A stretch of 24,000 nucleotides of DNA from Jiangella mangrovi (lineage in GTDB: Bacteria; Actinomycetota; Actinomycetes; Jiangellales; Jiangellaceae): assembly GCF_014204975.1 (NCBI RefSeq), contig NZ_JACHMM010000001.1:5432037-5456036 (forward strand). The letters run 5' to 3'. The notes beneath the pieces are model-generated. The model saw nothing but the letters and a program-made list of their open reading frames with translations, did not search any database and was not told the DNA's origin. Positions 14,374 to 22,076 of the stretch are shown here, one piece after another (position 1 is the first letter of the stretch; every line of letters starts with the position of its first letter). The position numbers and the translations under genes are program-made.

Positions 14374-15110
14374 CCACCACCGGCCTCGCCCTCGCCACAC
14401 GGGGGCTGACGAAGACCTACGGCGACGGCGAAGGCCTCGTCCGCGCCGTCGACGCCGTCGACCTCGAGGTCGCGCGGGGCGAGACGGTCGCCGTCATGGG
14501 ACCCAGCGGCTGCGGCAAGTCGACCCTGCTGCACCTGGTCGGCGGGCTCGACCGGCCGAGCGGGGGCGAGATCGACCTGGCCGGCCGACGCATCGACCGG
14601 CTGAACGAGCGGGCGCTGGCCCGCCTCCGCCGCACCGACGTCGGCTTCGTCTTCCAGGCCTTCCACCTCATGGACGAGCTCACCGTCGTCGAGAACGTCG
14701 AGCTCCCCGCCCTGCTCGCCGGGCACTCCCCCCGTCGGGCCAGGGCGCGCGCCATCGCGCTGCTGGACCGCGTCGGCATCGGCGACAAGGCCGGCAGGCT
14801 GCCCGCCGCGCTCTCGGGTGGCCAGCGCCAGCGCGTCGCCGTCGCCCGCGCGCTCAGCAACGAGCCGGTCCTCGTCCTCGCCGACGAGCCCACCGGCAAC
14901 CTCGACAGCGCCGCCACTCTCGACGTGCTGCGGCTGTTCGAGGAGCTGCACGAGTCCGGCCAGACGCTGGTCATCGTCACGCACGACGAGCGCATCGCCG
15001 CGACGGCGGACCGGCTCATCACCATGCGCGACGGCGCCTTCGTCGACGAGACCCGCCTGACCGGCGGGACGACCGGGCGCCTCGGCGCGCTCGCCGGGTT
15101 CGAGGGCTGA
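14370..15110 (+). CDS. ABC transporter ATP-binding protein (MacB/LolD/FtsE-like)
   Basis: GTG 14370 overlaps the padR stop (GTGA) and is preceded by gaaggag. Walker A is GPSGCGKST, the signature is LSGGQRQRVAVARAL and Walker B is VLVLADEPTGNLD. Confidence 0.9.
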   Translation: MTTTGLALATRGLTKTYGDGEGLVRAVDAVDLEVARGETVAVMGPSGCGKSTLLHLVGGLDRPSGGEIDLAGRRIDRLNERALARLRRTDVGFVFQAFHLMDELTVVENVELPALLAGHSPRRARARAIALLDRVGIGDKAGRLPAALSGGQRQRVAVARALSNEPVLVLADEPTGNLDSAATLDVLRLFEELHESGQTLVIVTHDERIAATADRLITMRDGAFVDETRLTGGTTGRLGALAGFEG

Positions 15111-15115
15111 CGGCG

Positions 15116-17023
15116 ATGGGCCGGCTCCTGCTGGTGGCCCGGTTGGCCGCCCGTGATCTACGACGGCGTCCGGCTGAGGCCGCGCTGCTCCTGCTCGCCA
15201 TCGTCGCCGCGACGACGACGCTGACGCTCGGCCTGGTGATGCACGGCATCGCCGGCGACCCCTACCAGCGCACCCGCGAGGCGACGGCCGGGCCCGACAT
15301 CGTCGCCAGCATGATGCAGAACCCGTTCACCGGCGAGGGTGCCGACCCCGCCCAGCTCGAGGAGCTCACCGCCGCCGACGGTGTCACGGCCAGCAGCGGC
15401 CCGTTCCGGGTCGCGGCGACCAGCATCGAGGTCGACGGCCGCACGGCCGACGTGCAGGCCGTCGGGCGGCCGGTCGAGCCTGTCGCCGTCGACCAGCCGG
15501 CCGTCGTCGACGGCGAGTGGCTCGGCACGGACGGCGATGACGGCGTGGTCGTCGAGGCCGCCTTCGCGGAGGAACTCGGCATCGAGGCCGGCGACACCGT
15601 CACGCTGGGCGGCGAGTCCGTCGAGGTCGCAGGCATCGCCGTCACCGCCGCGATGACGCCGTACCCGTGGGCGAGCTGCCTCGTCCCGTGCGCTCCCGGC
15701 CCCTCCGGCGACGAGGGCGAGCAGGCCGCAGTCGAGCCCGGCGGCGATCCCGAGGCCGCGGGCGCGGGCGTCACCGGCCCGCCGGCGTGGGAGAACACCG
15801 TCACCGACCCCGGTCTGATCTGGGTTCCCGAGGCCGACGTCGCCGCCCTCGCCGCCGAGCCCGACGCCGTCTCCCACGTCGTGTACCTCCAACTGGCCGA
15901 CCCGGACAGCGCCCAGGCGTTCGCCGATGCCCGCATGCCCGACGGCCCGAGCATCGAGGACGTGCCCTGGCTGGAGCCGTGGCAGCACATCGTCGAGCAG
16001 GTCACGCACATCGAGCGCAACGCGCAGCGGGTCCTGCTCACCGGCGGCTGGCTGCTCGGCGTTCTGGCCGTGGCCGGCATTGCCGTCCTGGTCGGCGGGC
16101 GCATGGCGGACCAGACGCGGCGGGTCGGACTGCTGAAGGCGGTCGGCGGCACGCCCGGGCTGGTCGCCGCCGTCCTGCTCGCCGAGTACCTCCTCGTCGC
16201 CCTCGTCGCGGCCGCGACCGGGCTGGTCGCCGGGCGTCTGGTGGCGCCGGCGATCACCGACCGGACACTGGGCCTCATCGGCGGCGCGGGCACCCCATCG
16301 CTCACCGTCGGCACCATCGCGACGGTGACGGCGATCGCGCTGGGTGTCGCCGTGCTCGCGACCTTCATCCCCGCGATCCGCGCGGCCCGCACCAGCACCG
16401 TCGCCGCCCTGAACGAGTCCGCCCGGCCGCCCCGCCGGGTCGGCTGGCTGGTCGCGCTCTCGGCCCGGCTGCCGGTGGTGCTGCTCATCGCGCTGCGGGT
16501 GGCCGGACGGCGACCGCGGCGGTTCGTGCTCAGCATCGCGAGCATCACCGTCACCGTCAGCGGCATCGTCGCGGCGATGGGAGCGAACGCGCAGCTCAGG
16601 TCCAACCTGGCCCAGGACCCCGACGCCCGTATGGAGCGGCTGGGCGACGTGCTGCTGGTCATCACCATCACGCTGATCGCGATGGCCGCCGTCAACGCCA
16701 TCGTCGCGACCTGGGCGACCGTCCTCGACTCACGGCACGCATCCGCGGTCACCCGGGCGCTCGGTGCCACGCCGGCGCAGCTCAGCGCGGGCCTGTCGCT
16801 CGCGCAGGTGCTGCCGGCATTCGTGGGCGCCCTGCTGGGCGTCGGCGGCGGGCTGGCCCTCTACGCGGCGGTCGATCCCGACGAGGTCCCCATGCCGCCG
16901 ATCTGGTGGCTGGTCGCGCTGGTCCCCGGCCTCGTGATCGTGGTCGCGATACTGACGCTGGTTCCGGCGCGCCTCGCCGCCCGCCGTCCGGTCGCCCCGA
17001 TCCTGCAGGCGGAGACCGCCTGA
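15116..17023 (+). CDS. FtsX-family ABC transporter permease (MacB-type, two FtsX modules)
   Basis: 635 aa, starting 6 nt after the ATPase stop. It has the N-terminal ARDLRRRPAEAALLLLAIV TM segment typical of FtsX/MacB permeases, a large extracytoplasmic segment, and then clustered TM helices twice. Confidence 0.85.
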   Translation: MGRLLLVARLAARDLRRRPAEAALLLLAIVAATTTLTLGLVMHGIAGDPYQRTREATAGPDIVASMMQNPFTGEGADPAQLEELTAADGVTASSGPFRVAATSIEVDGRTADVQAVGRPVEPVAVDQPAVVDGEWLGTDGDDGVVVEAAFAEELGIEAGDTVTLGGESVEVAGIAVTAAMTPYPWASCLVPCAPGPSGDEGEQAAVEPGGDPEAAGAGVTGPPAWENTVTDPGLIWVPEADVAALAAEPDAVSHVVYLQLADPDSAQAFADARMPDGPSIEDVPWLEPWQHIVEQVTHIERNAQRVLLTGGWLLGVLAVAGIAVLVGGRMADQTRRVGLLKAVGGTPGLVAAVLLAEYLLVALVAAATGLVAGRLVAPAITDRTLGLIGGAGTPSLTVGTIATVTAIALGVAVLATFIPAIRAARTSTVAALNESARPPRRVGWLVALSARLPVVLLIALRVAGRRPRRFVLSIASITVTVSGIVAAMGANAQLRSNLAQDPDARMERLGDVLLVITITLIAMAAVNAIVATWATVLDSRHASAVTRALGATPAQLSAGLSLAQVLPAFVGALLGVGGGLALYAAVDPDEVPMPPIWWLVALVPGLVIVVAILTLVPARLAARRPVAPILQAETA

Positions 17024-17030
17024 CGCGGTG

Positions 17031-17054
17031 GGCCCGGTCGGGTCTGGCCGGGCC
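17031..17054. terminator. GC hairpin between convergent genes
   Basis: ggcccgg 17031-17037 pairs with ccgggcc 17048-17054 around a 10-nt loop. It starts 8 nt after the permease stop. There is no U-tract. Confidence 0.3.
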
Positions 17055-17127
17055 TGCCGCTCCTGATGCGCGTCGTGGGCGAGTTGCTGCTGCCAGAGCG
17101 GTAGTGACCCGCCCTCGACACGCGACC

Positions 17128-17514
17128 TCAGCCGACGACGTCGCCGAGCACCGCCCGCGCGGCGTCCCGATTGTCGACGCACAGCACACCGACGAACTGG
17201 GCGTCCGAGACGCGCACCGGCAGGAACACCTCGACATTCACCCCGGCCTCGGCGAGCTTGCGGAACGTGGCCGCCCCCGCTCCGGGAGCGTTCTTCAGGC
17301 GGACGGTCAGCGCGTCCCGCTCCTGGGCATCAAACCCGGCGTCCTGCAGCGCGGTCCGTGCCGCCGACTCGTCATCGGCGATGAACGCGACCGTGCCGGT
17401 CTCGCCGTGCGCGAGTCCGCAGATCACGAGATTGATGCCGCGCGCCGCAATGACCTCGCACAACTCGGCGAGCCGCCCCGGCTGGTTCTCGAACTCGACG
17501 GTGAAGGCGCCCAT
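17128..17514 (-). CDS. ACT-domain protein (two tandem ACT-like repeats)
   Basis: I prefer ATG 17514 (MGAFTVEFENQPGRLAELCEVIAARGINL...), which has AGGAGG 8 nt upstream (reverse complement of 17524-17529). The listed ORF starts at GTG 17523. The beta-alpha-beta-beta-alpha-beta ACT pattern occurs twice. Confidence 0.75.
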   Translation of the reverse strand: MGAFTVEFENQPGRLAELCEVIAARGINLVICGLAHGETGTVAFIADDESAARTALQDAGFDAQERDALTVRLKNAPGAGAATFRKLAEAGVNVEVFLPVRVSDAQFVGVLCVDNRDAARAVLGDVVG

Positions 17515-17845
17515 GGCGCTCACCTCCTAGGAACAGGAGTCCTCGCTGCTCAACCTACTCCCGTAAGCCGCGCCTGACCCGACCGAGCCGCTGACCCATG
17601 CGACGACGGCTCCCATGTGGGGAGAGCGAGATCTACCTGCGGGGTGTCGGCGCACGCGCTGATGACGGCATGCCGGATGGCCCTTTGGTGGGGCGCACTC
17701 TGCGTCACTCGCGGCGAAATGACGCATCTGCAGGGGCGCGACGCGACGCGAAGCAGGTTAATCCGACCCGTCACCGATGATGCGGCCCTGCCCTGCCCCG
17801 GCGCTAGTGTCACCCCATGACACGAGGCGACGGGAGGCCGGCGAC

Positions 17846-18529
17846 GTGACCCCAGATCAATGGACCCCAGATCACGTTCGTCGGCAGGTCATGCGGCAGG
17901 CTCGATACGCACTGAACGTCTCAGTGCTCGACGAGAATCGGGTCCCACCCGAGGGCCCGTTCGATGTTGCTCTGACAAACGGACTCCTCGCCATCGTCGC
18001 GGCGATCGATCCCGCGGCCGTGATCGACAAGAGGGGCTTCACCCTTCCGGCTAGCGTCCTGCTGCCCAAGGCCGTCGCGCTCGGCCTCAGCGTCAACCAG
18101 GCGACGTTAGCGGAGGGGCTCGATCTGACCCAGCCGCTGCGACATGGCCGAGCCGATGACGAGTGGATTCAACTCGGATCGAAGCACCTCACAGCTCTGC
18201 GTGAACTTGACGAGTTCGACGGCCTCGAAGTGCTTCACCACGTTGGAGCCCACCGAACGGTGGACGACATGATGGTGACGCTGTTCTACGAGAAGGCACG
18301 GGCTTACGCGGAACGGGACGTTCGCCGAGTCAAGGATCTGCTCGATGTGATGGACCCGGAGGAGTGCAACGAGTGTTTCCGGCGCACCTTCGTTCCGCTC
18401 GGCTACGACAACAGCGGCGGCACGATGACAGTCGGGCTGTGCATCGCCTGCGGGCACCAGCGCGACGAAGACACTGCGTGGGGCATGTACATGGCAGAGC
18501 AGTGGGAGTTGAGATGGCAGCACGAGTGA
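17846..18529 (+). CDS. Hypothetical protein with a C-terminal CxxC...CxxC zinc ribbon
   Basis: GTG 17846 is in frame and follows gggagg (17832-17837) by 8 nt, giving 227 aa. I recognise no family. The C-terminus has CNEC, then 23 residues, then CIAC. G+C is lower than in the flanks. Confidence 0.65.
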   Translation: MTPDQWTPDHVRRQVMRQARYALNVSVLDENRVPPEGPFDVALTNGLLAIVAAIDPAAVIDKRGFTLPASVLLPKAVALGLSVNQATLAEGLDLTQPLRHGRADDEWIQLGSKHLTALRELDEFDGLEVLHHVGAHRTVDDMMVTLFYEKARAYAERDVRRVKDLLDVMDPEECNECFRRTFVPLGYDNSGGTMTVGLCIACGHQRDEDTAWGMYMAEQWELRWQHE

Positions 18530-18757
18530 CCTCGAGCTGCAGTGCAGACAACCTTCACCACGCCTGGGAAGAGTCCACCGCCAAGGCGGCGAAATGACAC
18601 GGGCGGACATGGTGGTTCAGCGAACGCGGACGCAAGCGGCGGGGTGAATTGAATCTGGCTTCACCCAAGAGGCAGTGCATTCGTGCCGTGAATCGGTTCG
18701 CCGGTGTTGTGTCGTGGGTGTCTGCCACCCTGGGTTCCCATTGAAAGGGGTCGACGC

Positions 18758-18970
18758 ATGCCTAGATACTGCGTGAACAGGAACGCCCAGCCGAATGGCG
18801 ACCACGAGGTCCACGACGTCTCGGCCAACAAATGGTGCCTGCCTACATCCGCCAACCGGGTGGACCTCGGGCACCACGAGACCTGCTCCCCTGCCGTGCA
18901 GGCCGCCAAGATCCACTTCAGCCAGGTGAACAGCTGTCGTTGGTGCGCCCCGGCCTGCCACACGAGCTAG
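18758..18970 (+). CDS. 70-aa Cys/His-rich small protein (MPRYCVNRNAQPNGDHEVH...CRWCAPACHTS), function unknown
   Basis: ATG 18758 follows gaaagggg (18743-18750) by 7 nt. It has six Cys (5, 27, 43, 60, 63, 67) and six His (16, 19, 39, 40, 53, 68). I believe I have seen the N-terminal YxVNxNAQxNGDHEVH and C-terminal CxxCxxxCHT pattern in small hypothetical proteins from unrelated bacteria, but I cannot name a family. Confidence 0.65.
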   Translation: MPRYCVNRNAQPNGDHEVHDVSANKWCLPTSANRVDLGHHETCSPAVQAAKIHFSQVNSCRWCAPACHTS

Positions 18971-19437
18971 AGCGTGTCTGATAAATGTCGGGTCCAGGAG
19001 ATGACGGCGTTGAGGACGACGGCGGCGCGGTAGACGATGGCGAGCTTGTCGAACCGGGTAGCCAGTCCTCGCCACTGTTTGAGCTGGTTGAAGGAGCGTT
19101 CGACGACGTTGCGGCCTCGGTAGTCGTCCGGGTCGAACGCCGGTGGGCGTCCGCCGCGTGAGCCGCGTCGTTTGCGGTGCCCGGCCTGGTCGGCGGGTTC
19201 GGGGATCACGGCCTTGATGCCGCGGGCGCGCAGGTGGGCGCGGATCGCGCGAGACGAGTACGCCTTGTCCCCGCGCAGCGCGTCGGGCCGGGTCCTGGGC
19301 CGCCCGGCCGGGCGCGCCACTTGCAGGTGCCCCAGCAGCGGCAGCAATGCCGGCGAGTCGCCGGCCTGGCCGGCGCTGAGCGCGATCACCAACGGCAGTC
19401 CGTGCCCGTCGACGAGCTGGTGGACCTTGGTCGACAT
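18967..19437 (-). CDS. IS5-family transposase, DDE catalytic part (orfB), +1 frame relative to orfA
   Basis: This frame is open upstream of the listed ATG and reads ...EPPDHGLGRSRGGMSTKVHQLVDGHGLPL..., the family-typical GRSRGG(L)TTK(V/I)H. It contains GDKAYSS and NVVERSFNQLKQWRGLATRFDK (DDE region). Its TAG stop is the complement of the junction CTAG. Confidence 0.85.
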   Translation of the reverse strand: MSTKVHQLVDGHGLPLVIALSAGQAGDSPALLPLLGHLQVARPAGRPRTRPDALRGDKAYSSRAIRAHLRARGIKAVIPEPADQAGHRKRRGSRGGRPPAFDPDDYRGRNVVERSFNQLKQWRGLATRFDKLAIVYRAAVVLNAVISWTRHLSDTL

Positions 19438-19909
19438 CCCGCCGCGGGAGCGGCCCAGACCGTGGTCAGGCGGCTCGCTGGTCGAGAACGTGTAACTCGA
19501 CCCAGCCCCCCGCGAGGCGTTTCATGTTCGTGGCGTGTTGATGAGCCCGAGCGATCGTGGAATCCACCGACACCGACCAGCCCAGCTGCCCAGCCTGGTC
19601 CGCTGCCGCGGTCAACCGGGCCAGCACCGCGTCCCAGGTGCCGTCGCCGGCCAGGCGCCGATGCCATGTCCACACCGTCTGCCACGGCCCAAACACGCCC
19701 GGCAGGTCCCGCCAGGCGATCCCACACCGATACCGGTACACGATCGCCTCCACCATCGCCCGCGCGTCGGAGAACGGGCGCCCCCGCCGACCCGTACGAG
19801 CCGGAAGAAGATCAGCGATCAACGCCCACTGCGCATCAGAGAGCAACTGAAACCGAGACACGACCCCGAGCATCCCCGACACGATCCCGGAACTTTGTCA
19901 GACACGCTC
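18970..19909 (-). mobile_element. IS5-family insertion sequence (IS427-like subgroup), about 0.94 kb, inserted in a CTAG
   Basis: The terminal inverted repeats are left gagcgtgtctgataaatgtc and right (reverse complement) gagcgtgtctgacaaagttc. The first 12 of 12 bases match, and 16 of 20 overall. CTAG is present at both junctions (18967-18970 and 19909-19912). The duplication is therefore TA or CTAG, and the ends are ambiguous by 1 nt. It carries two overlapping transposase ORFs. Confidence 0.9.
19466..19882 (-). CDS. IS5-family transposase, N-terminal part (orfA)
   Basis: 138 aa. FQLLSDAQWALIADLLP...RGRPFSDARAMVEAIVYRYRCGIAWRDLP...WQTVWTWHRRLAGDGTWD is the conserved N-terminal domain of IS5/IS427-type transposases. 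Confidence 0.85.
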   Translation of the reverse strand: MSGMLGVVSRFQLLSDAQWALIADLLPARTGRRGRPFSDARAMVEAIVYRYRCGIAWRDLPGVFGPWQTVWTWHRRLAGDGTWDAVLARLTAAADQAGQLGWSVSVDSTIARAHQHATNMKRLAGGWVELHVLDQRAA

Positions 19910-20111
19910 TAGCTGTCGCGGCTCTTGGTGGACAGAGTCGCCACGGGCTCGAGTCCGCATCCGAGCCAGCCGTGTACGCGGCGGTAAGACACAAGTCGGA
20001 TCAAGGGGGTCACCTGAACGTGCAACAGACCCCTGCCCGTCCGTGCCCGAACGCGCTATGGGCGAGCGCGCCGTCCTCGAAGGTCCCCGACTGAGTCGTG
20101 CGCCGCCTAGC

Positions 20112-21854
20112 ATGAGCGCACATAGCCAGGTCTTGGAGGTTGGGTTGAAAGCCGCAGGCGTGGACTACTCGAAGTTGGGTCCGCTGAGGGAAGCCCTCAC
20201 TGAAGCCGCCCGGACGGACGAGTCGAACGCAGAGCGTGCCGTTGAGCGGTTCGTTGAACTTCGACCCGGACACGCGGACACGCTGAAAGCCCGCCAGCAC
20301 CACCTGATCTCCGGGCGACGTGGAACCGGAAAGTCCACGCTCCTCCACGTTGTACGTGTTCATCTCCGTGAGTCGGGCGCGCAGGTCGCAGTGATCGACA
20401 TGGAGAAGTTCAAGAACCGACCGTTCCCGGATGTCCTGATCGAGATCCTCATCAAACTCCTGGACGAAATCCGACCTAGCGTGCACCTCGGCAGGTCTCT
20501 CATGGGTGACCTTCGACTTCGCCGCCAGTTCAAGGCGACTCGTCGTGAACTCAGCCAGATGCTCAACGACCCGCAGGCATGGAACAAGCAGATGACTCGC
20601 TCGAGACAGCGGAGCAAGTCGTCGAACGTCTCCGGCAAGGGCAGTTTCCGCGCAAGCCACCACGGGGCCGGCGCAGAGGCCGGTGGCGAGGCCGCCCGTA
20701 CAACACGTGCTGCGGATTCGATGACAGAAACCGCTGCTTTTGAAGAGGCGAAGATCGAGCGCCTACAACAGCTGGCAAGTCGACTGTCCGACGAGCTCAC
20801 AACCCTGGTGCGACAATCTGCTGGCGACCGGGCTGCGGTATTCATCGATGACTTCTACTACGTCAGGCTCGCGGACCAGCCCGAGGTTCTCGACTACCTC
20901 AAGACCGTCGCGAAGGGCACCGGGATCTGGCTCAAGGTCGGCGGCGTGGGCGAGCGCATGCGACCGTTCAGAGACGGGGACCCAGCGATCGGCATGCAGC
21001 CCAATCAAGACATCCACCCCCTACCGATCGATGTCACCCTTGACGACTTCGGAACAGCTCAGCGCTTCCTCGAGCGGATGCTCGACGGGGTGATCCAGCC
21101 ACTTGGCTTGACTACCGCTCAACTCTTCACCGAGACGGCCCGCAGCCGAATGGTGCTTGCTTGCGGCGGTGCAGTAGCTCGCGACTACATCACCCTCACT
21201 GGGAGCGCACTTGATGCCGCTGTCGAGCGGTTGAACAAGAAGCAAGCTCCATCACTGTCGACCTTGGTCAACATCCAGGCCGAGGACGTCAATTCCGCCG
21301 CAAGTCGGCGCATGAACAAGAAGGAAGACGAGGAACTGAACCTCGATGCGGGTGACGACGCTTCGCGGCTGCGGGAGCGGTGGCGCGACATCTGCGACTT
21401 CGTACGCGAACAAGGCGATACTGCCTTCGTCCTCATCCGCCAGAAGGATCTTGATGAAGGCTCATGGGGCAGCGAGATTCGCCAGCTTGAGAACTTGCGA
21501 CTGCTCCATCGGATCCGCGAAACCGTGCCGAACACACCGAACTGGCGCGGAGTCAAATGTGTCGTCTACATGGTCGATCTTGGCCAACTCACGGTCAAGC
21601 GGCTGCAAAAGGGTATCCCCGCGTTCTGGGAGCGGACGAGCGACTTCGACCGGTTGCGACGGGCCGAGTGGGTATACGGACCCGAGTGGAGAACCAAGCT
21701 CCAGGTCGCGCCCAAACCGACGCGGACGATCGCGGGCACGTCGGCGTCGGAGTCGGAGTTGGAGTCGGAGGAGCCGGCCATTCCCATGCTCTTCGACGAC
21801 CCAGCGGAGCTTGACGAGCTCGAAGGCGGTGCTGGTGGGGCGACTGGGACTTGA
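20112..21854 (+). CDS. P-loop NTPase with widely separated Walker A and B motifs, an AAA+-like lid, a probable winged helix and an acidic tail; family unknown
   Basis: The ORF is 20043..21854. I favour ATG 20112, where G+C drops, but the starts at 20043 and 20058 cannot be excluded, and no clear SD is present for any of them. Walker A is GRRGTGKST (20313-20339). Walker B is AAVFIDD (20832-20852). ACGGAVARDYITLTGSALDAAVE resembles an ORC/Cdc6-type lid. The C-terminus is SESELESEEPAIPMLFDDPAELDELEGG. Confidence 0.7.
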   Translation: MSAHSQVLEVGLKAAGVDYSKLGPLREALTEAARTDESNAERAVERFVELRPGHADTLKARQHHLISGRRGTGKSTLLHVVRVHLRESGAQVAVIDMEKFKNRPFPDVLIEILIKLLDEIRPSVHLGRSLMGDLRLRRQFKATRRELSQMLNDPQAWNKQMTRSRQRSKSSNVSGKGSFRASHHGAGAEAGGEAARTTRAADSMTETAAFEEAKIERLQQLASRLSDELTTLVRQSAGDRAAVFIDDFYYVRLADQPEVLDYLKTVAKGTGIWLKVGGVGERMRPFRDGDPAIGMQPNQDIHPLPIDVTLDDFGTAQRFLERMLDGVIQPLGLTTAQLFTETARSRMVLACGGAVARDYITLTGSALDAAVERLNKKQAPSLSTLVNIQAEDVNSAASRRMNKKEDEELNLDAGDDASRLRERWRDICDFVREQGDTAFVLIRQKDLDEGSWGSEIRQLENLRLLHRIRETVPNTPNWRGVKCVVYMVDLGQLTVKRLQKGIPAFWERTSDFDRLRRAEWVYGPEWRTKLQVAPKPTRTIAGTSASESELESEEPAIPMLFDDPAELDELEGGAGGATGT

Positions 21855-22076
21855 AGCCAGGCGTGGGGCACATGAGTCTTTGGGAAACGGACGGTGGAAG
21901 GGACGATCGCACACTCGCATCGCAGAGATCCGACCTGCCGAACTCCGCTCGCCGAGGCGCGACTCGACGGACGTCTCGGCTGCGGGATCGACGTAGCCCA
22001 TTATGGGCGGAAAGACGTCGTGGAGTGCCTACATTCCCCTTGAGCTGCGATGATCCCGAGCCGCAGCCCAGCTCGG

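Noticed and set aside
19940-19975. gggctcgagtccgcatccgagcca looks like a tRNA T-arm plus CCA-end fragment next to the IS (a possible island att site)
   Set aside because: The would-be T-stem does not pair (acggg against ccgca), and the loop starts with C rather than T. Only a generic 6-bp hairpin (ggctcg/cgagcc) is supported.
17583-22067. A shared 9-mer ccgagccgc near both edges of the low-GC island (about 17583-17591 and about 22055-22063), as possible direct-repeat att sites
   Set aside because: A single GC-rich 9-mer match between two windows of about 100 nt is plausible by chance in this composition. There is no integrase or recombinase gene in the island. It is worth checking only by comparison with an empty site.
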